DNA of 64,000 nucleotides from the human T2T-CHM13v2.0 reference genome, Homo sapiens, in assembly GCF_009914755.1 (NCBI RefSeq), contig NC_060944.1; one strand, written 5' to 3'. The notes under the pieces were generated by a model. That model saw nothing but the letters and a program-made list of their open reading frames with translations. It was not told the origin of the DNA and did not search any database. This document shows positions 53,470 to 64,000 of this stretch, piece by piece (positions within the stretch are counted from its first letter, which is position 1; every line of letters starts with the position of its first letter). Position numbers and translations under genes: made by a program.

Positions 53470-54055
53470 ATTTGGAGATTTCTCAAATAAGCAAAAACAG
53501 AATTACAATTCAACCTAGCAATCCCATTACTGGGTATATACCCAAAAGAAAATAAATTATTCTCACAAAAAGACACCTGCACTCATATGTTTATCACAGC
53601 ACGATTCACAGTAGCAAAGATATGGAATCAACCCAAATGCTTATCAATGGTGAAATGGATAAAGTAAATGGGGTACATATACACCAAAGAATACTTCACA
53701 GCCATAAAAAAGAATGAAAACATGTCCTTTGCAGCAACATGGATGCAGCTGGAGGCCATTATCCTAGGTAAATTAATGAGGAACAGAAAACCAAATACCA
53801 CATTTTATCACTTAGAAGTGTGAGCTAAACATTGGGTACACGTCGACACAAAGATGGAAACAATGAACACTAAGGATTCCAACAGGTGGAAGGGGAGAGA
53901 AGAGAGGATAAGAGTTGAAAAACTACCTTTTGGATACTTTGTTCACTACTTGAGTGATAGCATGGTTAGAAGCCCAAACTTCACCATCATACAATATACC
54001 CATGCAACAAACTCACACGTGTAACCCCTGAATCTAAAATAAAATTTAAAAATTA
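53470..54055 (+). mobile_element. L1PA16/17-like 3' end
   Basis: AGCAATCCCATTACTGGGTATATACCCAAA...CCCCTGAATCTAAAATAAAA; probable TSD TAAAATTCT(A/G)CTTTT. Confidence 0.9.
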
Positions 54056-54699
54056 AAATTCTGCTTTTAAATTGACTCATTCCCTATTTTTCATTAATTT
54101 CCATTGTCATTGCTTTTCACCTTAGTATATTTACTATCATTTTTCATTATGTAATAATGAAATGACATGATGCTGAATTTGCCTTACTTTGCAGTTTTGA
54201 GCATACTCCATAATTCTGTTATTTAGTGTTTCATTATTATTTTCTAAATAACCTCTGAATACAACTTTAATTACTCCTTTTACTCAATAGTAAATTAACC
54301 GTATCTTGTTTTCCCAAAGGCTGGCAGAATTTAGTTATTTAATCTTTTTACATTAGTTTCTAGGTTTGTTATATAATACTCAGATAATGTGGCTGACACA
54401 ATTTACACTTTGGGGAAAATTGCTGAGACTTTTACTTAGGGCTACAGAATGTGACAGTTCATACTTTTTTACAAGGAAATGTAAAAATATGTGTATCATT
54501 ATTTTATTATGGTTTACACATCTATATATTTGTAATTTAGTGATTCATTATATGGTTTGTTCCTTACACTACTATAAATGCATTATTAATTATGCAATTA
54601 TTAATCATATAATAAGTTATTAATGAAAATGACAGTAATGACAGCTTTGCAATATTGGACATTAATTATATAAAGATACTGTATATCTTAATCTTTTTA

Positions 54700-54840
54700 T
54701 TAGCCCAATGATATATCACTATTTTGATTGTTGAGTCAACTGAGGCACCGAAAAGTTAATTAACTTTCTCAATGTCATATGGCTGGTAAAGAGTAAAACA
54801 GGATTCAAACTCAAATCTGGCTGTATTCAAGACTTACACA
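54700..54840 (-). mobile_element. MIR
   Basis: AACTGAGGCACCGAAAAGTTAATTAACTT..GGATTCAAACTCA. Confidence 0.7.
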
Positions 54841-54944
54841 GGATCTTCATCATTGTTATTCACTCAGAGCATAACCCATTTTATTTTCTATATGTGAACT
54901 CAATTGATAGTTTACTTAAAATAACTATATAGTATTCCATTTTA

Positions 54945-55105
54945 CATATACCCAGTAGGCAGTTTTTCAATCATTATCGCTCTCCTTCTCTCCCCTTTCC
55001 CCTGCTGGAATCCTCAGTGTTTATTGTTCCCATCTTTGTGTCCATGTGGACTCAATATTTAGCTCCCACTTATAAGTGAGAATATGTGGTATTTGGTTTT
55101 CTGTT
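54945..55105 (-). mobile_element. L1PA15-16 3' fragment
   Basis: TTGTTCCCATCTTTGTGTCCATG..TTTAGCTCCCACTTATAAGTGAGAATATG. Confidence 0.85.
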
Positions 55106-55553
55106 CCACAATACATTTTCCATTCTACAGTTTGCTTAATCAATCCTTTACAGATTGTACATATCAAATATCAAATAGGTCCAATATTTTTTGTTGGCCA
55201 AAAACATTTTTCCAAACGTTTTTATTCATTACCACTTAATGACAACCTAATAGATAAGATTTGTCCTCATCTGTGATTATTTCTTCGTGGCAAAATATTT
55301 GAAATGAACAGCAGAATCAAAATTCATGTACATTGCCAAGTTCTATGATCTATATTTCTAAAATACGCTCCAGAAATGCTATGTTAAATATGATTCTATC
55401 AGTAAATGAAACCCATGTCCTTGCATCTGTGCTCATTTTTTTAAATTTTAAAGGATTTCCAGTAATTTTATAGGTAAAAGATTTTTTCTTTTATAGATTA
55501 AAATTTTTCTTGGCTCTCAACGCCTGTTGAAATTTAGAGTTGGAATGGGGGGG

Positions 55554-55931
55554 TGCTGTGATTTGGCTGTGTCCCTACCCAAAATATCATCTTGAACTGT
55601 AATATGAATTATAATCCCCACGTATTGGAGGTGGGACCTCATGGGATGTGATTAGATCATGGGAGTGGTTCCCTTTGCTATTCTCATAATAGTGAGTGAG
55701 CTCTCACGAGATCTGATGGTTTTACAAGGGACTTTTTCCCACCTTCACTCTGCCCTTCTCTTTCCTGTCTGCATGTGAAGAAGGACATGTTTGCTTCCCC
55801 TTCCACCATGATTCTAAGTTTTGTGAGGCCTCCCTAACCCTGTGGAACCATGAGTCAATTAAACCTTTTTCCTTTATAAATTACCCAGTCTCAGGCAGTT
55901 CTTTATAGCAGTGTGAGAATGGACTAATATG
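55554..55931 (+). mobile_element. THE1D-type solo LTR
   Basis: TTTGGCTGTGTCCCTACCCAAA...ATTACCCAGTCTCAGGCAGTTCTTTATAGCAGTGTGAGAATGGACTAATA; flanked by G runs. Confidence 0.9.
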
Positions 55932-56924
55932 GGGGTAATCATTTCTCATTTATTTTATTATTTTTTGTACTACATAGCAGTTTGGTTGAGTTCATAGACA
56001 TATGCTCAACATACGCAGGGCTAATACTATTCAAGAATATTTAAATGTGTTGGTATTGTTTAAAGGGTGTCCTTTATCCCCATCAGCTCTTTCTAGTGAT
56101 TAGCGGTATATGGAGATGTTACTGCTATTTTATATTTATCTTTGAGTCCTGTAAAATTATTAAAGTTCCCATTTTTAAAGTGGTTTTTCAGTTGACTCTC
56201 TCTTGTGTTTTTATTTTTATCTAGACTGATAATATCTTCTAAAAATAATGAGAATTTTGTCTCATCGTTGGCAATAATTTCATCTATTACATTTTATTGC
56301 TGTTGTTACAAAAATTCTGTTGGCTAGAACTTCAGAACATTATTAAATTAATGATAACAGAAATTGGATGTTCATTCCTTAATCAGGATGCCTCTACATT
56401 TTACCTTTTTTTTTGTACAATGTCAGCTGTTGATTTCAGATGGATTTTTCTTCATCACAAATAACCAATTTTTAAATTTCTAGTTTATTAATATAATTTA
56501 CTATTAGAAATGGATGTTAAATGTTATTAATTTTTTTAATCTATGGACTGTATACTATGAGTTTCTAATGTGATAAAATAGATTTATGGATGTAATTATT
56601 GTAAACTATGATTGCAGGCCATCAGTAAACCTTACTTGGTGATAGATAAATAGATAATGTTAGCATATATGTTTTCTGATCTGTAGTGCTGATTCTGTGG
56701 ACTAATATTTTATTATAAGTATTCCGTATTTATAAAAGTGATAACATTACTTTGGTTTTGTGTGTGTATGCGTGTCATTTTTTCAAGTTTTTTTTTCTAA
56801 AGGATAAACTAGTTTTTGAAACATGAAACAGGAGTTATTCTCTCTATATGTATTTTCTGCTTTTACTGGAATAATCTACAGTCAGTTGAGATCATGTGTT
56901 CCCTCACTTTAAAATAATTTCTCC

Positions 56925-57445
56925 TTTAATTTATTTTCCATTAATTTTTGTATATAATATAAGGAAGGGGCCCAGTTCCAATTTTCTGCCTATGGCTGGC
57001 CAGTTCTTCCAGCACCATTTATTGAAGAGGGAGTCCTTTCCCCATTGCTGGTTTTTGTCATATTTGTCGAAGATCAGATAGTTGTAAGTGTGCAGTCTTA
57101 TTTCTGGATTCTCTGTTCCATTGGTCTGTGTGTCTTGCACCAGTACCATTATCCTTAGCAAACTAAAGCAGGAACAAAAAAGCAAGTACGGCATGTTCTT
57201 ACTTATAAGTGGGAGCTAAATGATGAGAACACATGGACACATAGAGGGGAACAAGACACACTGGTGCCTATTGGAGGGTGGAATGTGGGAGAAGGGAGAG
57301 GATCAGGAAAAATAATTAATGAATATTAGGCTTAATTCCTGGGTGATGAAATAATCTGTACATCAAACCCCCATGATGCATGTTTACCTATTTAACAAAC
57401 CTGCACATCCTGCACATGTACCCCCGAACATAAAATAAAAGTAAG
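56925..57445 (+). mobile_element. L1PA12/13-like insertion with a 5' inversion (minus 56925-57149, plus 57146-57445)
   Basis: Antisense ORF2 (ORF 56931-57194 [20 protein letters not shown]) joined at CCAT to the sense 3' UTR. Confidence 0.88.
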
Positions 57446-58029
57446 GAAAAATTTAGCCTGTAAATATATGTACACCTGGTATGATCAAGTAAACCAGTAG
57501 AATTAAATGGAAAGTCACAAAACATAACTACACATTTGTGAAAGTTTATGTATTACATAGCCTCACTTGCAGATGTCTGCAGGAAAAATGAACTATTTAA
57601 TGAATTATGCTATGTCAGTTCTTTAGAGAACCATATAGAATTGGATCTCAAGCTCACACTAGACACAAAAATCAATTCCAGATAAAGATATGGTTTAAAT
57701 ATAACAGATAATAATTTAATTTTTAAAAGAAGGTTTAAAAGAGTATTTTATGACATTGGAATATAGATTTTTAAATTATAAATATGATGACAATGGGAAG
57801 TCATAAAGAAAATATTAGTATGTTGGATTACATGCAAGATGACCTTTTATCAGAAAATATTATAAAACTGAAAAGATAAATCACATAATTAGAAAATATT
57901 TTCAAAATATGTAACCAAAAATATTAGCATTCATAAAATATAAACAGCATCTTCAAATCAATAATAAAAAAGAGCAACATATTCTGAAAATAATTTTTTT
58001 TTAAAGACAGAGGAGTGGTGAGTGAACAC

Positions 58030-59005
58030 AGAATTCTGTCAGTCATTGTTAGTCATACCTGTACATCAAAACCACAGATAGTTGTTTTCAGGGCTCCCTG
58101 AGATCATGAGCCCCTGGGTCTCTTGCAACCTTTAGGGGCCTAAAGGCCAAATGACAGAGGGAAATTGGAAGCCTGAATGGGAAGAGATAGGACCAATGGG
58201 TTGAGCAAAGGGCTGAAGAAGGTAGGGACTTGAAGGAGGACATATGAGAGGATCTGTCTTCACTCCTTATGATTTAAGAATCCATGTTTAGTCCTACTCC
58301 TGAGCCAGTGCTCCAGATCACATACATTGATACAAGGTAAGGAGAGATTCTGATTCTTGTGAGTCTTAGTGAACTCTGGAAGCTGGATTCAAGTCCCAGA
58401 TAGTTAGAACTGAAGGGAAGATGGACAGTTGTAGAACGAAGGAGGAGCAGAAGCAATGGGAAAGAAGAGGCCTAAGGGTAGACAGTCTGGGGAGATGGCA
58501 AGTTTTCCAAAGAGGCCTTTGACGTTTCAAAGTATCCTTAGTAAAATCATGCCAACAAGAAGGGAAGCAGACAGAGTCGGTGAAGCACAGAGTCAGCAGG
58601 AGTCAAAAAGGGAGATTTCAATCAAATGAAAAGCTCTAATGTCCTAGCCAATGGTACCTTCACACTTACACACGGAAGAAGTTGGGACTCTAACACACCT
58701 CGTGTTCCTTACAGGGACTAGCTTCTTGTAACTGCAGAAGACTAGCACTGCGCCCAGGCTCTTTTTATCTGGGACTTAAACCCAGCTTCCAGAGTTCATT
58801 CAGAATTCTCAGAATTAGAATTTGTACTTACCGTATTTCCATGGACTGCCATCTGGAGCCACGGGCTCAGGAGTCGGACTCACCAGCGGATCCCCAATAA
58901 ATCAAGAGTTAGAACAAAGTCTTCAGAGGTGCACACTAGAGATCCTTAGGTGAGCAGGCTTGGAGTCAATGATGGACCCGATCCTCTCTGAGTCATGGCG
59001 TTGTA
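58030..59005 (-). mobile_element. MER31-int-like ERV1 leader and degenerate gag
   Basis: Adjacent to the LTR through a degenerate tRNA-His PBS (plus strand TCTGAGTCATGGCG ~58987-59000); minus-strand WHDFTKDTL..PLW resembles MER4-group Gag MA. Confidence 0.65.
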
Positions 59006-59007
59006 AC

Positions 59008-59844
59008 AGTCCAAGAAAACCCAGAGCAGTTAAATTGGTGAAAACAGATTTTATTCAAGACGATTGTAATGAAGGTAAAGAAACTTTGACATACAACAGG
59101 GCTTAATTCCAAATACTGCATGGGCCAGTAGGAAGTTATTGCCAAAGAGCAGGGTGGAAATCAGTGGATGGAAAATCATCAGGAGGAAACATCAGGGGTC
59201 CCGGGGATTCTGGCTAACCTGTCCTAACAGAATTCTTGCTGAAGACAAGCCAGGGTGATTAGACACCGCTTGGGGGATGCTAGAGGAGCAATATGGTTTG
59301 GCTCTGTGTCCCCACCCAAATCACATGTCTAATTGTAATGCCCAATTTGGGAGGGACCTGGTGACAGGTGATTGGATTATGGGGGCAGATTTCCCCCTTT
59401 GCTGTTCTCATGACAGTGAGTGAGCTCTACTAAGATCTTGTTGTTTAAAAGTGTGTATCACTTCCCCCTTCGTTCTCTTTCTCTCCTGCTCCACCATGCT
59501 GAGACATGCTTGCTTCCTCTTTGCCTTCTGCCATGATTATGAGTTGCCTGAGGCCTCCCAGTCATACTACCTGTACAGCCTGTGAAACTGTGAGTCAGTT
59601 AAACCTTTCTTCTTTATAAATTACCCAGTCTCAGGTAGTTCTCTATAGCAGTGTGAGAACAGAATACTCCAAGGAGGAAGAACCTGATTCAATATTGAGG
59701 GTGATCAAATATGGAGAGTGGGAGGTTCTTGCTAAACTAACTTAAAAGGATTCTTGCTAAAGCTGGAGTTTACAAAGAAGTATCCAGATGGGCCTAAGAG
59801 AAAGTTCAAGGACCTAACTTTGGTCAAGCAAAGAATCTTTGTCA
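59008..59844 (-). mobile_element. MER31 LTR, split by MSTA
   Basis: CAGATTTTATTCAAGA; GGATTCTTGCTAAAGCTGGAGTTTACAAAGAAG; GGTCAAGCAAAGAATCTTTGTCA terminus. Confidence 0.8.
59289..59671 (+). mobile_element. MSTA solo LTR
   Basis: ATATGGTTTGGCTCTGTGTCCCCACCCAAATC...CCTGTACAGCCTG; TSD AGGAG. Confidence 0.9.
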
Positions 59845-60199
59845 CAACTACTCTTATGACTTATGGTAATCAGGTCCTTACTCTTCTATTTTTAAATATG
59901 TCTTTTATGTTCCTAACCCTTTTAGTTTATAGATTCCTTTTTCCAACTCCCACAACTCTTGCCTGACAATTTGTTGAGGAAACAACACTGGATTTTTTTT
60001 TTCCTTAAAATTTCCCGCAGTGTAGGATTGTGTTTGTTGACTGTATTTCCACAATGGAGACTAATATTTTTCTGTGTCATATGTATATATATATATTTGT
60101 CTACATATCTGTGCATCTGTCTAGCTAGCTAGCAAGAATACTTCACAGGTAGGATGCATTCTTTGTCAAAGGCAGATAACATTTGACACCCATGAGTTA

Positions 60200-60680
60200 C
60201 TATTACTGAAAAGATTATGAACAATAAATGTCGATGAGACTGTGGGGAATCTTAAACTTTCACACACCACTGGTTAGAATGTAAAATGGTAAAACCCCTT
60301 TGATAAAAAGTTCTGATAGTTTCCAATATAATTAAGCACACGGTTACCTTGGGAACTAGTAATGACACTCCTAGAAATTCACCCAAGACTGAAAACATGT
60401 TCACAAAAGGACTTGTACACGAATATTTATAGCAGCTTTACTCACAACAGTCCAAACCTGGAGAAATCCCACGTGACCATCAACAGGAGAAAGAATAAGT
60501 AAACCTTGTGGTATTCATACCAACCAATCATACCAACCAATCATACCAACCAATGGTACTCCGCAGTAAAAAGACTGGAGAAACACGTGATAGCAAGGTG
60601 GAATTTAAAAACATTCTGAGTGAAAGAAGCTTTACGAAAGGAGGATATTTGGTGTGATTTTGTTTGTATGAACTTCTTTT
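60200..60680 (+). mobile_element. L1MD/ME 3' region
   Basis: AGAATGTAAAATGGTA; GACTTGTACACGAATATTTATAGCAGCTTTA. Confidence 0.75.
60515..60553. repeat. 3 x 13-bp perfect tandem repeat TCATACCAACCAA
   Basis: Read directly. Confidence 0.95.
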
Positions 60681-61119
60681 AAGTTTTCACTGTTTTCTTC
60701 ATTTCTGTTTCTGTTTTCAAATGCTTTCTGTGACTTTTTCAAATTTCTTTTTCTACTAATCTAGGGATTTGAAACTTTGCCCTGTTTCTATGTGAGTAGT
60801 CTTTTCTTATTCACTGTGAAACAAAATAAAATCAAGATGAAAATATTATTTCTTAATTATTTAAAGGATAACCCCCTTGAAATTTTTTATTATCCCTATT
60901 GTCAAACAATGCTATTATAGTTTTCTCTACATATATTTTTAAATAATCATTTTAATATTTCAGTGAATTTTACTACTATATGAAAATAACTGAGCAATGT
61001 TTTTTAAGATTACTTTGTTGTTCCTAACTTCATTTACAAAATTATTTCTTTATGCCAGATTGAAATAATTATTTGAGTTTTTTTTTAGGAAGAGTACTAA
61101 ATGTAATGCTTTCTGAGAA

Positions 61120-61265
61120 TCACACGTGAAAAAATTATGTGAGGTGATAGATATATTAATTATCTGGATTTAATCATCCCATAATGTACACATATTTCAA
61201 AATATCACATTGTGCCTCATAAACATATACAATTACTATTTGTCAATTAAAAAATTGAAAAAAAC
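61120..61265 (+). mobile_element. L1MA 3' end
   Basis: TATGTGAGGTGATAGATATATTAATTA...ATTTGTCAATTAAAAA. Confidence 0.85.
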
Positions 61266-61663
61266 ACCTTCCAGTTGCATTTGCAAATTTAAGTTATGGA
61301 CTTAAAATTCTTAAAATTCTTGTGTCTAAATACTGAAAGACTGCTGGGTGATATACAAATATTTTTTAAAGGTCAGAAAAAAAGAAAAGAAATAAAAACA
61401 ATATTTAAGAAAGTAGGATATGGCAATCTCACACTCCCTTTTTGATTGCTAGCAGTGTTTTCTTTGTTCAGATCATTGACAATTTTCTATTCTTAGACTT
61501 TCAGAAATGTTTTCAGTAGATGTCCAGATATTGGTGGCAAAAAAAAAATCCCTTTGCATCTTGGGGAAAGCTAGAATAAATCAGAGAAGAGACTTGGAAT
61601 AAAATCAGACCATTCAGAGTCATTAAATTATAAATGATGTTCAATTTGTTTAATAAGATCACA

Positions 61664-61951
61664 ATGGCTCATATCTGTATTTCCAGCAAGTTGGGAGGCT
61701 GAGGCAGGCGGATCACTTGAGGTTAGGAGTCTGAGACCAGCCTGTTCAATATGGTGAATCCCCATCTCTACTAAAACAAATACAAAAATTTGTGCGGTAG
61801 TGGGCGCCTGTAATCCCAGCTACTCCGGAGGCTGAGGCAGGAGAACTCGTGAACCTGGGAAGTGGAGGTTGAGGTGAGCTGAGATCATGTCACTGCACCC
61901 CAGACTGGGCAACACAGCAAGACTCCACATCAGAAAAAAAAAAAAGGAAAA
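61664..61951 (+). mobile_element. AluS, slightly 5'-truncated
   Basis: TSD AAGATCACA (61655-61663 / 61952-61960). Confidence 0.9.
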
Positions 61952-63169
61952 AAGATCACAGAGAAATGAAATGAGAAGAAGCTTAGGAGGTAGATTCAGT
62001 GAACCTCCAACTCTGTGGAGAAGGTAGAAGAGGAGGAAAGAGCAATGGAGGCTGAGAAGGAAGGAGGAAAGAGGAAAAATAGGAGAGACTTGTCATAGAA
62101 ACTGGAAGAGGAGTTTTGAACAGAAAGAAAGAATCTACCAGTTAACTGGCTAGCTCTTGTATAAGTTATAATTATGTAAAGAGTGTGGCATTGCTAAGAT
62201 AGTAGAAATTTTTATTAAAAAATATTTTTTAAAGAAAAAAACAAGAAGAAACAAGGCTTGTATGCATTTAGGAAACATTTGTCACTTTAAATTTGTTTTA
62301 CTATTGGATATTCAATATATACAAGTATATACAATAAAGCAAAATAAATATCTGTATATCCATCACCTGTTTAATTGTTATAAAATCCTATTGCAGCTCC
62401 CTGTTTATTTTTCCTTTATCTAAAAAACCTAAGGATATTTATTTTTCCCAAGTGGTATTGATATTCTTCTTTATTACATAGTTAATATCTGTTTAATTAA
62501 CTTAGGCTTTTTAACCTACTAATTTTTATTCTTCTTATTTAAGCAATTTGACCCTATATGTTTTCTCCTAATTTCTTTCATACTGCATCTCATAAGTTCT
62601 AATATTTTGGTTGCTTTTAAAATATCCTCAATGGGTTCCATGGAAAACCCATGTGTGCTATTTAATTGCTGGGCCCAGGGTTCACTATGTGTCCATATGA
62701 TCATATTTACTTTTAATTTATCATTTGATTTTTATAGCTCCATTTTATTTTGCTTTGCATGTTTTGAAGCTATGTTGTTGGATACATATAATTTTCAACT
62801 TCTTATAGGTTCATAGTTTCTTGGCAAATTGAAAACTTACTTAATTGTGTGCTGGTGCAATTTGTCTTAAATAATGTTTTTTTGCCCAAAGGCCTACTTT
62901 ATTTGATATATTGTCATCAGTTTTTTGGTTAATAGTTTCTCTTATATCTCTTCTCATTCTTTTTCTTTCAAACTTATTCTTATGTTTTAGTCTATCTCAT
63001 TTTAACTGTATATCATTGTATATTTTAAATACAGTTTTGCAATCATTTTCCTTAATAAAATGATTAGTAAGTCTATATAAAGTTGTGACTATGGATATAT
63101 TTGGACTTATTTCTCCATCTCATTTTATTCTTTCAATTGTTCCTATTTTAATTTTTTGGCTGTTTCCTT

Positions 63170-64000
63170 TTTAAAATACTTTTATTTTAGGTTCAGAGGG
63201 TACATGTGTTAAGTTTGTGACAAGGTAAATTGTATGTCTCTGAGGCTTACTCTAGGAATGATTCTATCATCAAGATAGTGAGCACAGTACCTGACAGGTA
63301 GCCTTCCAATCCCTACCTCCCTTTCCCTCACCCCCCAGCAGTCCCCAGTATATATTGCTCCAGTCTCAGTGTCCATGTGTATTCAGTGTTTACCTCTCTT
63401 TTTTTGTAAGAGAGAACATGCAGTATTTGGTTTTCTTTTCCTGTATCAGTTTGCTTAGGATAATGGCCTCTGGCTACATCCATGTTGCTGCAAATGACAT
63501 AATTTCATTCGTTTTCATGGCTGTATGGTATTTCATGGTGTATGTGTACCACATTTTCTTTACCCAATACACTGTTGATGGACACCTAGGTTGATTTCAT
63601 GTCTTTGCTATTGTAAATAACACTGTTATACTAGTGCATGTGTTTGTTGTTGTTGTTGTTTTTGTTAGAACAACTTATTTTTCTTTGGGTATATACCCAA
63701 TTGTGAGATTGCTGGGTTGAATATTAGTTCTAAGTTTTTTGAGAAATCTCCAAACTGCTTTCCACAGTAGATAAACTAATTTGCATTGCCACCAGCAGCG
63801 TATAAGTGTTCCCTTTATTTCACAACCTGGCCAGCATCTGTTTTTTTTTTTTTTTTTTTTGACTTTTTAGTAATAGCAATTCTGTCTGGTGTGAGATGGT
63901 ATCTCATTGTGGTTTTGATTTGCATTTCTCTGATGATGAGTGGTAATGAGCATTTTTAAAAATATTTTTTGTCACATGTATGTCTTCTTTTAAGAAATGT
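63170..64000 (-). mobile_element. L1PA15/16 3' region (runs off the window)
   Basis: TTTTAGGTTCAGAGGGTACATGTG...GGTGTGAGATGGTATCTCATTGTGGTTTTGATTTGCATTTCTCTGATG. Confidence 0.92.

Overview
Human genomic DNA. An essentially intact AluYa5 at 4060-4366 is human-specific. The window is AT-rich, repeat-dense and intronic or intergenic. No protein-coding gene can be supported: the ORF track is explained by Alu, L1, L2 and LTR sequence, simple repeats or chance. Content: about 15 Alu/FLAM/FRAM copies, many L1 fragments (two with twin-priming inversions), L2 and MIR relics, MaLR/ERVL/ERV1 LTRs (THE1B, THE1C/D, MST, MLT, LOR1, MER21, and a MER31 LTR with internal leader), and DNA-transposon relics (MER2, MADE1, MER20, MER58, MER5, MER96, MER45). 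The most unusual structures are: (i) an inverted duplication of a ~130-bp flank plus Alu around a serial Alu insertion site (43.66-44.97 kb); (ii) a perfect 54-bp palindrome next to a second perfect hairpin (36.1-36.2 kb); (iii) a ~245-bp tandem duplication of unique DNA (47.9-48.4 kb); (iv) a co-oriented set of minus-strand splice signals (ERV leader donors, a possible 15-nt microexon, a 104-nt exon ending in ATG) that may trace an LTR-driven spliced transcript. Subfamily names come from recalled consensus sequences, and the boundaries of old elements are approximate. I found no evidence of a new multi-gene system.
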